The notes under the pieces: model-generated | What the model saw: only the letters and a program-made list of their open reading frames with translations | Database searches by the model: none | Told to the model about the DNA's origin: nothing | Position numbers and translations under genes: made by a program | From: an uncultured Gemmataceae bacterium | Lineage (GTDB): Bacteria > Planctomycetota > Planctomycetia > Gemmatales > Gemmataceae | Assembly (NCBI GenBank): GCA_963750165.1 | Contig: CAVVPN010000004.1 | Span: 192,001-256,000 of the forward strand | Length of the DNA stretch: 64,000 nt | Direction of reading: 5' to 3' | Shown here: positions 19,637-28,469 of the stretch, in pieces | Layout of the letters: every line of letters starts with the position of its first letter | Numbering within the stretch: position 1 is the first letter of the stretch

Positions 19637-22600
19637 ATGCAGCTGGACGAACTGCGCCGCGGGCTGGAGTCGCCGGAGGAGGCGCGGCCGCTGCTCCACA
19701 CCTGGGGCCTGCGCGATTGCGACCAGGGCTGGCGGAACCTGCGCGACCTGGCGGCGGCCGTCGGCGTCGAGGCCGTCCGCGATCTGTGGCCGTCGCTGGC
19801 CCGGCTGCTGCCGCGCTGTCCCGACCCCGACATGGCGCTCACCAATCTCGAACGCTTCCTCGCCAACCTCGCCGCCGCACCGCAACTGCCCCAGCTGCTG
19901 GAGCCGCGCAGCCGCAGCCTCGACACCCTCCTGCAACTGTTCAGCACCAGCCAGTTCTTCAGCGACCTGCTGTACGCCAACCCCGATTACCTGGAGATGG
20001 TCCGCATCCCGCTGCGCAGCAGCCCGAGCCGATCCGAACTACTGGCCCAGCTGCAGGGCGAGGTGGACGCGGCCTACGAGGACTCGGCGGTGCTGCGTGC
20101 CTTCCGCCGCTTCCGTCAGCGGCACACGCTGCGCATCGGCACCAACGACATCATCCGCGACCGGCCGCTGGAGGAGGTCACGCGCGACATTTCGCGCGTC
20201 GCCGACACTGCCCTGGAGGTGGCGCTGACGACCGCGCTTCGGCACGTGACGCGCCGCTTCGGCACGCCGTTCACGCATGCCGGCCAGCCGGCACGGTGCG
20301 TCATCCTGGCGTTCGGCAAGCTCGGTGGCAAGGAGTTGAACTACAGCAGCGACATCGACCTGATGGTCCAGTACGACGACGAGGGCGAGACGCGGCCGTC
20401 GCGCGGCCACGGCCTCGGCAACGACGACTTCTTCGCGCGCGTCACCAGCGAGGTGGTGCGACTGCTGTCGGCGCACACGGATCGCGGTCAGGCGTACCGT
20501 GTCGATCTACGGCTGCGGCCCGAGGGGCAGCGCGGCCCACTGGCGCGGTCGCTGGCCAGCACGCTGTCGTACTACGACACGCTCGGCCGCACCTGGGAGC
20601 GGCAGGCGCTCATCAAGCTGCGGCCCGTCGCCGGCGACCTGCGGCTGGGCGAGGAGTTCTTGCAGGCCATTGAGCCGTTTGTCTACCGCAAATACCTCAG
20701 TTTCGCGGAGATCAATGAGATCAAGGCCATGAAGCGGCGCATCGAGCACAAGACGTATCGCGCTCCCCACCCTTCCCTCCCCCCTGAGGCGGGAGGGTCA
20801 GGGTGGGGGGATGTGAAGACCGGCCACGGCGGCATCCGCGACGTGGAGTTCACCATCCAGTTTTTGCAGTTGCTCAACGGCGGCGACCTGCCGGAGCTGC
20901 GCCAGCGCAACACCCTCAAGGCGATGCAAGCGCTGGAGGCGGCGGGCTGCCTGACCGACCAGGAATACCACATCCTGTACGACACCTACCGCTTCCTGCG
21001 CAAGGCCGAGCACCGGCTGCAGCTGATGTTCGACCTGCAAACGCACGCGCTGCCGGCGGGCGAAGAGGCAATGCGCAAGCTGGCGCTGCGCATGGGCTAC
21101 GGCGACAACGTGGGGCAGACATTCCTGTCTGCCGATGATCTGGCAGACAGGAATGTCTGCCCCACGGAGGCGGCCGCGCCGGCGGGGCCGCTGGCGCAGT
21201 TCCTGGCCGACTACCGCGAGAAGACCGACCTCAACCGCAAAATCCTCGACCACCTGCTGCACCAGACCTTCCAGGGCGAGGACGGCCAGGCGGAGCCGGA
21301 GTCGGATTTGATCCTCGACCCCAACCCCGAGCCCGAAACGATCCAGAGCGTCCTCGGCCGCTACCCCTTCCGCGATGTGCTCGGGGCGTACCACAACCTG
21401 ACGCAGCTGGCCCAGGAAACGGTGCCGTATCTGCCCACGCGCCGCTGCCGGCACTTCCTCGCCAGCATCGCGCCGGCCCTGTTGCGCATGCTCGCCGAGA
21501 CGCCCGACCCGGACATGGCCCTGATTAATCTGGAAAAAGTCACCGCGTCGCTCGGCGGCAAGGCGACGCTGTGGGAGTTGTTCAGCTTCAACCGGCCGAG
21601 CCTCAAGCTCTACGTCGATCTGTGCGCCTGGAGCCAGTTCCTGACCGAGACGCTCATCAACAACCCGGGCATGATCGACGAACTGCTCGACAGCCTGGTG
21701 CTCAACCAGCCGCGCACCTTCGACGAGCTGCGCGACGAACTGGCCGGCCTGTGCCGTGGCGCCGCCGATCTCGACCCGATCCTGCACAGCTTTCAGGACA
21801 AGGAACTGCTGCGCATCGGCGTCCGCGACATCCTCGGCAAGGACAGCATCCAGGCGACGACCGCGGCACTCAGCGACGTGGCCGAGACGATCCTGGTGCA
21901 ACTGGCGTCGCTGCAAACGGCCCCGCTGGCGCAGCGCTACGGCGTGCCGCACCTGGAGGACGGGCCCCGCGCCGGCCAGGTGGCGCGCTACGCGCTGCTC
22001 GGCCTGGGCAAGCTCGGCAGCCGTGAGATGAGCTACCAGAGCGACCTGGACCTGATCCTCGTCTACGAGGGCGATGGTCGCACACGGGCGCCGGCTGGGG
22101 CGTCGCGCTGGGACCGCTTCGAGTTGACGGACAATTTTCACTACTTCACGGAGCTGGCGCGGCGGATCATCAAGGCGTTGAGTTACCTGTCGCCGCTGGG
22201 CCGGCTGTACCAGGTGGACATGCGGCTGCGGCCGACGGGGAAGTCCGGCAGCCTGGTGCATCCGCTGACGGAGTTCACGCGCTACTACGAACAGGGGGGC
22301 GCCCAGCTGTGGGAGTTGCAGGCGCTGACGCGGGCGCGGGTGGTGTACGGCAGCGAGGAGTTCGGCCATGAGGTGATGGCGGCGGTGCAGCGGTCGGTGT
22401 ACGAACTGCCGTGGAGTGCCGAGCGGGCGGACCAGATGCGGGCCATGCGCGAGCGGCTGGAGGCCAGCGGCAGCCAGCGCGACCTGAAGCGCGGCTTCGG
22501 CGGCATCATTGACGTGGAGTTTCTGGTGCAGTTGTACCGCCTGAAGTACGGCGGCCGCCTGCCGGCGCTGCACAGCGGCAACACCTGGGAGACGCTGGAC

Positions 22601-22897
22601 GCGCTGCGGACGGCGGGCCTGGTCGCCGAGGACGAACACCGGACGCTGCGGAGTTGTTACGACTTCCTGCGGCTGACCGAGAGCCGGCTACGCATCGTCC
22701 ACAACCGGTCGCTGGACGAACTGCCGGAGCGGCCGGAGGACCTGGAGAAGCTGGCGCGGCGGCTGGGGTTCGAGGCGAAGGCGGAGGCCAGCGCCGCGGA
22801 GCAGTTCGTCCGTGAGTTGGAGCGGCAGACGGGGCAGTCGCGCGAACTATTCCTGAAGATTTTTGAGCGCGAGCGCGACGGCGAGCGAGGAACGTGA
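19637..22897 (+). CDS. glnE: Bifunctional glutamine synthetase adenylyltransferase/adenylyl-removing enzyme
   Basis: Two nucleotidyltransferase modules: GKLGGKELNYSSDIDL / RVDLRLRPEG and GKLGSREMSYQSDLDL / VDMRLRPTG; GGIRDVEF. Confidence 0.96.
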   Translation: MQLDELRRGLESPEEARPLLHTWGLRDCDQGWRNLRDLAAAVGVEAVRDLWPSLARLLPRCPDPDMALTNLERFLANLAAAPQLPQLLEPRSRSLDTLLQLFSTSQFFSDLLYANPDYLEMVRIPLRSSPSRSELLAQLQGEVDAAYEDSAVLRAFRRFRQRHTLRIGTNDIIRDRPLEEVTRDISRVADTALEVALTTALRHVTRRFGTPFTHAGQPARCVILAFGKLGGKELNYSSDIDLMVQYDDEGETRPSRGHGLGNDDFFARVTSEVVRLLSAHTDRGQAYRVDLRLRPEGQRGPLARSLASTLSYYDTLGRTWERQALIKLRPVAGDLRLGEEFLQAIEPFVYRKYLSFAEINEIKAMKRRIEHKTYRAPHPSLPPEAGGSGWGDVKTGHGGIRDVEFTIQFLQLLNGGDLPELRQRNTLKAMQALEAAGCLTDQEYHILYDTYRFLRKAEHRLQLMFDLQTHALPAGEEAMRKLALRMGYGDNVGQTFLSADDLADRNVCPTEAAAPAGPLAQFLADYREKTDLNRKILDHLLHQTFQGEDGQAEPESDLILDPNPEPETIQSVLGRYPFRDVLGAYHNLTQLAQETVPYLPTRRCRHFLASIAPALLRMLAETPDPDMALINLEKVTASLGGKATLWELFSFNRPSLKLYVDLCAWSQFLTETLINNPGMIDELLDSLVLNQPRTFDELRDELAGLCRGAADLDPILHSFQDKELLRIGVRDILGKDSIQATTAALSDVAETILVQLASLQTAPLAQRYGVPHLEDGPRAGQVARYALLGLGKLGSREMSYQSDLDLILVYEGDGRTRAPAGASRWDRFELTDNFHYFTELARRIIKALSYLSPLGRLYQVDMRLRPTGKSGSLVHPLTEFTRYYEQGGAQLWELQALTRARVVYGSEEFGHEVMAAVQRSVYELPWSAERADQMRAMRERLEASGSQRDLKRGFGGIIDVEFLVQLYRLKYGGRLPALHSGNTWETLDALRTAGLVAEDEHRTLRSCYDFLRLTESRLRIVHNRSLDELPERPEDLEKLARRLGFEAKAEASAAEQFVRELERQTGQSRELFLKIFERERDGERGT
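20764..20811. repeat. Palindromic element (CCCCACCC...CCCTCCC / GGGAGGG...GGGTGGGG) inserted in-frame in glnE
   Basis: Imperfect inverted repeat translated as PHPSLPPEAGGSGWG; composition differs from the flanking codons. Confidence 0.7.
21109..21166. repeat. GTGG-type REP doublet inserted in-frame in glnE
   Basis: 24-bp arms identical to those at 11554-11619; translated as VGQTFLSADDLADRNVCPT. Confidence 0.92.
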
Positions 22898-22992
22898 GTC
22901 CCCGCTCCAGGGCGGCCAACCGTTTCACGAGCCCCCAACCGGACGCCTTTGCAGCTGGGCCTGAGAGACGCTGGGAGTCGCTGGCTGACTGC

Positions 22993-23061
22993 GGCTGTCT
23001 AATCAAGGGGGCCAAGGAGGCCAAGGGGGCCAACTTTTTCACACGTCGAGAAGCGGCGCCC
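22993..23061 (+). repeat. Dispersed ~69-bp element, copy 2
   Basis: caagggggccaaggaggccaagggggccaactttttcacacgtcgagaagcggcgccc. Confidence 0.85.
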
Positions 23062-23142
23062 TGGGTTGTGCCGGGCGTTGCCGGTCAGGTTCGCCGCGGA
23101 TTGGTCCACGGCTGGTATTTTCTCCCGTCAGTGCCGACTCCC

Positions 23143-23329
23143 ATGCCGCTGCCCGAATCAATCATTGACCTGCACGACCTGCACACGGTTCCGCGCGCCG
23201 TTTTGGAACGCCTGATCGCCGACGGAAAACGGGTCGGGCTCGCCCTTCGTGGACATGTTGAACCAGTGGCAGCCGCCGAGCAATCGGAACCCGATCATGC
23301 AGGCGTTCAATCCCTACGCCGGCCTGTAA
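23143..23329 (+). pseudogene. Possible small ORF or gene remnant (~61 aa with one frameshift near 23238)
   Basis: MPLPESIIDLHDLHTVPRAVLERLIADGKRVG then, in a shifted frame, SPFVDMLNQWQPPSNRNPIMQAFNPYAGL*; protein-like but unrecognised. Confidence 0.3.
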
Positions 23330-23348
23330 TTGAGAACGGCCCCCCCAC

Positions 23349-23395
23349 GCGCTTTCGGCGAACGGGGCGACAGCCTCCCCGCTCGCCGAAAGCGC
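23349..23395. terminator. GC-rich hairpin between convergent transcription units
   Basis: gcgctttcggcgaacgggg ... ccccgctcgccgaaagcgc; no strong U-tract. Confidence 0.45.
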
Positions 23396-23427
23396 ACGCA
23401 ATTCCTTCGTTAACCGTGTTATCCGTT

Positions 23428-25083
23428 TCATCCGTGGGTCGTTTGCTGCTCCTGACTTTGCGCCAGCGGGAAGCGCACGCGGAACGTCGCCCCGCGCAGC
23501 GGCTGCGACTCGATCTCCAGCCGTGCTCCGTGGTGGTCCAGGATCACCTGCACGAACGACAGCCCGAGCCCCATGCCCGCTGTCATGCCTTCGAACAGGG
23601 CGTTGTTGCGCTTCGTCGAAAAGTGCGTCTCCATGCAGCGCTGGCGGACTTCCTCCGTCATGCCAACGCCGTTGTCCGTCACCTCCAGCACTGCCAGGTC
23701 GCCCGCGCGCCGCGTCCGCACCGTGATCTCGCCCTTCCACGCCGCCGCCACGATCAGCGCCTGCTTCCGCATCGCCGCATCCGCCGCTCGCGCCTCGTCG
23801 CGCAGGTGCTTGCGCATCTCGAACGTCGCGTCCCGGGCGTTGAACAGCAGGTTCTCCAGTGCCTGTTGTAGATGCGAGGCGTCGCCCTCGATCCACAGCG
23901 GTTCGGGCGCCGGTTCCAGCCGCAGCGTCAGCTTCCACTTCTCGCCGGCCAGGAACTCCCAGCCGCGCAGCAGGTCGGCGCTGAGCTGATTCAGGTCGAG
24001 CCGCACCGCCTCCGAGCGGTTCGGATCGCGGCGCACCGTCTGCAATATTTGCTGCAACCGCTCGGTCACCGTGCCCAGCGTCTGCCGCACCTCGCGCAAC
24101 ATCGACTCCTCATCCCCGGGGATGTCCGCCCGGTCCAGGCAGCGGCCGAGCAGGTCGTTGGGCCGCACCAGCAGGTTCTTGATGTTGTGTGCGTACGAGC
24201 CGGCCATGATGCCGATGTTGGCGAACAACTGCGACTTTAACTCCAGCGCCGTGTGCTCGGCCTCCTGCTGCTTGCGCTCCGCCTCGCGGCGCTTCAGCTC
24301 CTCCTGCAGCCGTTGCTGCTCCGCCTCAATGACCTGCTGCCGCGCCGCCAGCCGCTGCCGCTCGCGCTCGCGCTGCTGTCGCTGCGCCAGGTAGAACCAG
24401 AACAGCGCCACCGTCGCGAACACCACCGCCAGCGCCCCCAGGCGGAAGCGGCGCTGCACGTCCTCGCGCTCCTTGTACTGCTGCGTGGCGTACACGCGCA
24501 GACGGTAGCGCACATCCACCCACGCCAGCGCGGTGCCGGTGGTGCGGTCCACCACCAGCGGCACGCCGGCGCTGCCGCGGCCGTCCGGGCGCGGCGGGCC
24601 GGCCAGTTCCTTGTACTGGCCGGGGTGCAGCGGCCGGCCCGAGTCCCACGTTACCGGCTCCAGCCCCAGGCGCTTGTCGAAATGCACCGTCATCTGATAA
24701 ATGACCGGGAACAACACCAGCCGGCCGGGGTAAATCTTCGTCAGCGGATCGCCCAGGGCCTTGAGATGCTCGGTCAACTCATCGCGCTTGTTCCGCAGCC
24801 GATTCTCGACCGCCCGCAGTGCCTCCTGGTCCTGCGGCTGCTGCCGCTGTAACTGCTCCTGGCGCTCACGCAATTGTGCATAGGATCCAGCCAGGTCCGG
24901 CAGCGTCTCGAAGACGGTCGCCTCGCGCAGCCACTCGCGCAGGGCCTCGCGGTCGAAGTGCTCCTCGCCGTACAGCCAGTACAGCACCGGCTCGCGCAGC
25001 GTGAAGACGGCCAGCACCAGCAGCACCACCGGCACCAGCAGCGGCCGGGCGAACTGCCACAGCGGTCGCACACGCAGACGCAT
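23428..25083 (-). CDS. Membrane sensor histidine kinase (orphan)
   Basis: Two TM segments, coiled coil, H-box YAHNIKN, N-box LENLLFNARDA, G1 DNGVGM, F-box HFSTK, G2 GMGLGL. Confidence 0.93.
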   Translation of the reverse strand: MRLRVRPLWQFARPLLVPVVLLVLAVFTLREPVLYWLYGEEHFDREALREWLREATVFETLPDLAGSYAQLRERQEQLQRQQPQDQEALRAVENRLRNKRDELTEHLKALGDPLTKIYPGRLVLFPVIYQMTVHFDKRLGLEPVTWDSGRPLHPGQYKELAGPPRPDGRGSAGVPLVVDRTTGTALAWVDVRYRLRVYATQQYKEREDVQRRFRLGALAVVFATVALFWFYLAQRQQRERERQRLAARQQVIEAEQQRLQEELKRREAERKQQEAEHTALELKSQLFANIGIMAGSYAHNIKNLLVRPNDLLGRCLDRADIPGDEESMLREVRQTLGTVTERLQQILQTVRRDPNRSEAVRLDLNQLSADLLRGWEFLAGEKWKLTLRLEPAPEPLWIEGDASHLQQALENLLFNARDATFEMRKHLRDEARAADAAMRKQALIVAAAWKGEITVRTRRAGDLAVLEVTDNGVGMTEEVRQRCMETHFSTKRNNALFEGMTAGMGLGLSFVQVILDHHGARLEIESQPLRGATFRVRFPLAQSQEQQTTHG

Positions 25084-25084
25084 C

Positions 25085-25310
25085 GCCTTGTCTCCCGGCG
25101 GCTCACTTCAGCCCCGTTGTGGCCTGGTCTCCGGACCAGGCCACTCTGCCCGACCGAAGGTCTCCCCGCTTCACCAAAAAGGAGACCTTCGGTCCACGCC
25201 CGTGGCACGGTCGGGAGACCGTGCCACAACGGGGGTCGGGAGACCGTGCCACAACGGGGGAAACCGTGCCACAACGGGTTGGCCTTGTCTCCCGGCGGCT
25301 CACTTCAGCC
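25085..25310. mobile_element. REP/MITE-like palindromic cluster flanked by 29-bp perfect direct repeats
   Basis: gccttgtctcccggcggctcacttcagcc at 25085-25113 and 25282-25310. Inside are GTGG-led hairpins, an inner gaccgaaggtctcc/ggagaccttcggtc stem, and accgtgccacaacggg three times. Confidence 0.8.
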
Positions 25311-26940
25311 ACAACTCTTCCTCTGGCTGCACCCAGTCGCCGTCGTCCCACTGCCAGACGCTGATGCCCGGTCCCCACTTCTCGTTGGCCGGCCGCAGCC
25401 AGAGCACGTACTCGCCGGTGCCGTGGCGGCGCTCGCCGTCAGCGCCGAACAGCGCCGCCGCGCCCGGCGGTCCAACGCGCGTGCCGGTCCAACTCACCTG
25501 TTTCAGCCGCTCCAGCGTCGTATCGGCGCCCAGCAGTCGGCCGTCCTGGTGGGCGGCCAGCAGCACGCTCTCCAGCACGTCGCGGTGCAGCAGCAGGTCG
25601 TCGGTGCCGGTGCTGGAGGGGTCCGACTCGTCGGTCTTCTGTTCGCGGAAGCCGGCCTCAGCGTCCACCGGGTTGCGATGGGCGAACAGCACCAGCGACA
25701 CATTCAGATCGTTCGGGTTCCAGGTGATGCGGCGGTCGCGGTAGATGTTGTTGAAGCTGATCGAGTCGCCGCTGACCACGACCAGGTTGCGGCGGCCGCT
25801 CCGCGTCAGGTGTGGCACGACCGCCCGCAGCCAGCGCTGCGCCCGCTGCGCGGCCGTGGGCAGCGCGACGATCTGCAACTGGTCCTTGTGCCGGTCGTTC
25901 TCCTCGTTGAATTCGCGGATGGTGGCCCGCTCCGGCACGTTGGGCAGGAAGTTGTCGCCGGTGCTGAAGGTGACGCGGTAGGGGAACATATCCTGGAACT
26001 GCTCGCCAACCGGAGTGCGGCGCAGCCGCCGCAGGAATGCCCGGGCGAAGCGGCGCGTCAGATCCACGGAGTAGCGGTCGTCGTCCCAGGAGACGGTGTG
26101 CAGGATGGGCTGCCGCAACCGGTCCACCACCATCTGCAGGCAGCCGGGGCCGCCGGGGCTGCCCGTGGCCGCGACCGCCCCCGCCAGCGAAGCCACCTCC
26201 CGGCTACGGCGCGGCAGCGGCGGCCACAGCGCCGGAGTGTCCTCCACGAAGTCGAGGACCACCTCGGCCATGCGGCTGTTGGTGAAGGCGTAGCGGAAAC
26301 TGCGGCCGCGGTAGACCTCGATGAGTCGCCGGTAGCCCGGGGTGGTCTCGTCATCGTCCCCGGCGAAGTTGGTTTGGTCGTCCGGGGCGAAGCCGTCGGC
26401 GGTGGCGGTGGTGATGAGGAACAGCGGATCGGGGCCGCGCCAGTGGCCGCGCTGCCGTTCCAGCGCCTCGGCCAGGTGCAGGGCGGTGCGACTGCTGTCG
26501 CCGCCGAGGACCGCCAGCGGCGGCCGGCGCCGGTTGGCCAGCTCCTCGACCCAGCGGGCCGCGTCCGCCTCGCTGCTGAGCTTGTACCAGCGCACCCACA
26601 GCCGCGGGCCGTTCGCGCCGCCCAGGCCCAGCGACACCTCGGGCACGTCGGCGGTCAGCCGGTCGAAGGCCGCGTCCTTGTTGACGTGCAGCCGGCGGGG
26701 CTGGCGGTTCAGGCTCGGCCACTCGCGCTCCAGAGCGTCCACGGCGGCGATGAAGCGCTCCCAGGTGTCGCCGGCAGTGGCGGGCAACAGGAAGGCGATT
26801 TCCTGATCGCCGGCCGGCACCTCCTTGACCTTGACGACCGTGCCGCCGCCGAGCAGGCCGTAGCTGAGCAACGTCAAATACGCGGCGAAGGCGACCAGGC
26901 CGGTCAGTCCGACGCCGAAGAAAACGCGGAAGTAGCGCAT
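25300..26940 (-). CDS. Membrane-anchored extracytoplasmic protein, possibly periplasmic-binding-protein fold; putative partner of the kinase
   Basis: N-terminal TM (MRYFRVFFGVGLTGLVAFAAYL...); PPLAVLGGDSSRTA, LFLITTATAD and SFRYAFTNSRMAE resemble type I binding-protein motifs (inference). Confidence 0.7.
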   Translation of the reverse strand: MRYFRVFFGVGLTGLVAFAAYLTLLSYGLLGGGTVVKVKEVPAGDQEIAFLLPATAGDTWERFIAAVDALEREWPSLNRQPRRLHVNKDAAFDRLTADVPEVSLGLGGANGPRLWVRWYKLSSEADAARWVEELANRRRPPLAVLGGDSSRTALHLAEALERQRGHWRGPDPLFLITTATADGFAPDDQTNFAGDDDETTPGYRRLIEVYRGRSFRYAFTNSRMAEVVLDFVEDTPALWPPLPRRSREVASLAGAVAATGSPGGPGCLQMVVDRLRQPILHTVSWDDDRYSVDLTRRFARAFLRRLRRTPVGEQFQDMFPYRVTFSTGDNFLPNVPERATIREFNEENDRHKDQLQIVALPTAAQRAQRWLRAVVPHLTRSGRRNLVVVSGDSISFNNIYRDRRITWNPNDLNVSLVLFAHRNPVDAEAGFREQKTDESDPSSTGTDDLLLHRDVLESVLLAAHQDGRLLGADTTLERLKQVSWTGTRVGPPGAAALFGADGERRHGTGEYVLWLRPANEKWGPGISVWQWDDGDWVQPEEELWLK

Positions 26941-26953
26941 GCAACGACCCCTG

Positions 26954-26981
26954 TGGACACCAACCCCCCCGCCCCTATCAT
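26954..26981 (+). promoter_or_regulatory. Candidate sigma70 promoter for FGGY kinase
   Basis: TGGACA-N16-TATCAT in a short divergent intergenic region. Confidence 0.4.
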
Positions 26982-27018
26982 ACGCGGCGCCGGCGAAAAC
27001 TTGCACGGAGACGCTGTC

Positions 27019-28308
27019 ATGCACATCCTCGGGCTCGACGTGGGCACCTCGTCCGTCAAGGCGGCCGTGCTGGACGTGGCCGCGGGCCGGCCGGTTGGCC
27101 CGGTGAGCCATGTCCATTACGACCTCGACCACCCGGAGCCGGACGCGGAGGAGGTGCCGGCCGAGCGGCTGTGGCAGGCGGTGGCGGCCGCGGCCCGGCA
27201 GGCGGCGCGCGGCCAGGGCGTCGAGGGCGTCGGCCTGTCGGTGATGACGCCGGCGCTGGTGCTGGTGGACGCGGACGAGCGGCCGCTGGCGCCGATCTGG
27301 ACGCACCTCGACCGGCGTTCGCGGATGTCAGCGCGGCAGGTGTGGGGCGCCTATGGGCCGGAGTTTCTGGCGACGGTCGGCAACCGGCCGCTGCCGGGTG
27401 GCATCAGTGCGGTGTGTTTCAAGCAGATGCTGGTGCAAGACCCGTACCTGCTGCACGACATCAAACATTACCTGCACGTCAACGGCTGGCTGGCGCTGCG
27501 CATGACCGGCGCGTGCGCCTGCGACCCGGCCAACGCCTCGTTCACGGGGCTGTTCAACACCGCGACGGATCGGCAGTGGTCGCGGCGCTGGTGTGACTAT
27601 TTCGAGGTTGATCCGGCCTGGCTGCCGCCGGTGGTGGACGGCACGACGACGGTGGGAGCGCTGCGCTCGGCGGCGGCGGCGGACCTGGGGGTGCCGCCGG
27701 GCGTGCCGGTGAAGCTCGGCACCGCGGACACCACCTGTGCCATGCTCGCGGCCGGCATGACACGCGATGATTTGCTGCACGTGGTCGGCACCACGCAAGT
27801 GCTGGCGGTGCTGACGGATCAGCCGCGGCCCGACGCGCGGCGGCTGACGCGGCTGATGGGCGTCGGTGGCGGCTACGTGCAGGTGACGCACAACCCGGTC
27901 GGCGGTGTGGCCCTGGACTGGCTGCACCGGCTGTGCTTCCGTGAGCAGTCGGCGGCGGAGTTCTTTCACCAGACGATCATCGAGGCGCAGAAGCGGCGCA
28001 CGCGCGTGGCGCTGGACCCGGCGTACCTGGGCGGCGACCGGCTGGAGATCGAGGCGCATCGGGCCGCCTTCCGTGAACTGACGCTGGAGACCGATCGACT
28101 GGATCTGCTGGCGGCGGTGCTGCGCGCGCTGGCAGAACAGCACGCGCGCGCGCTGGCGGCGCTGGGGCCGCGCACGGTGCGGCGCGTGTTCCTGACCGGC
28201 GGCGGCGCGGAGCTGGTGCGGCGGCTGATCCCGGCGTACGCCACGGCGGACCTTCACGAGCTGGACGAGGGCTCGCTGCGCGGCGTCGCGGCGCTGTTCC
28301 GCAGCTAA
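27019..28308 (+). CDS. FGGY-family carbohydrate kinase
   Basis: ILGLDVGTSSVKA, CDPANASFTGLF, GTADT and FLTGGGA; start ATG 27019 after GGAG. Confidence 0.92.
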   Translation: MHILGLDVGTSSVKAAVLDVAAGRPVGPVSHVHYDLDHPEPDAEEVPAERLWQAVAAAARQAARGQGVEGVGLSVMTPALVLVDADERPLAPIWTHLDRRSRMSARQVWGAYGPEFLATVGNRPLPGGISAVCFKQMLVQDPYLLHDIKHYLHVNGWLALRMTGACACDPANASFTGLFNTATDRQWSRRWCDYFEVDPAWLPPVVDGTTTVGALRSAAAADLGVPPGVPVKLGTADTTCAMLAAGMTRDDLLHVVGTTQVLAVLTDQPRPDARRLTRLMGVGGGYVQVTHNPVGGVALDWLHRLCFREQSAAEFFHQTIIEAQKRRTRVALDPAYLGGDRLEIEAHRAAFRELTLETDRLDLLAAVLRALAEQHARALAALGPRTVRRVFLTGGGAELVRRLIPAYATADLHELDEGSLRGVAALFRS

Positions 28309-28469
28309 CGTTGCGGCCGGCCGGTGTTGGTCGGGGCGGAGGTCGCCTCGCCCTCCGGCTACCTGCTCAGCCCCGAGGACCACCGCGCTGCCGACACCTG
28401 GGGCGTGCGCTTGCTGGAGTTGACCGAGCGCGGCTTCGCCCCCCAGGCCACCAGCGCCGACGCCGCCAC

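Noticed and set aside
22894..23871. 325-aa plus-strand ORF after glnE
   Set aside because: Runs through repeats and a hairpin and overlaps the kinase antisense; only 23143-23329 looks protein-like.
25200..25280. Triplicated accgtgccacaacggg as a mini-CRISPR
   Set aside because: Spacers are only a few bases and not unique; it is part of a REP-like cluster.
24874..27018. N-terminal ~715 aa of the 1144-aa ORF, suggesting a giant FGGY fusion
   Set aside because: Antisense to two real minus-strand genes; the kinase motif starts at ATG 27019 with its own RBS.
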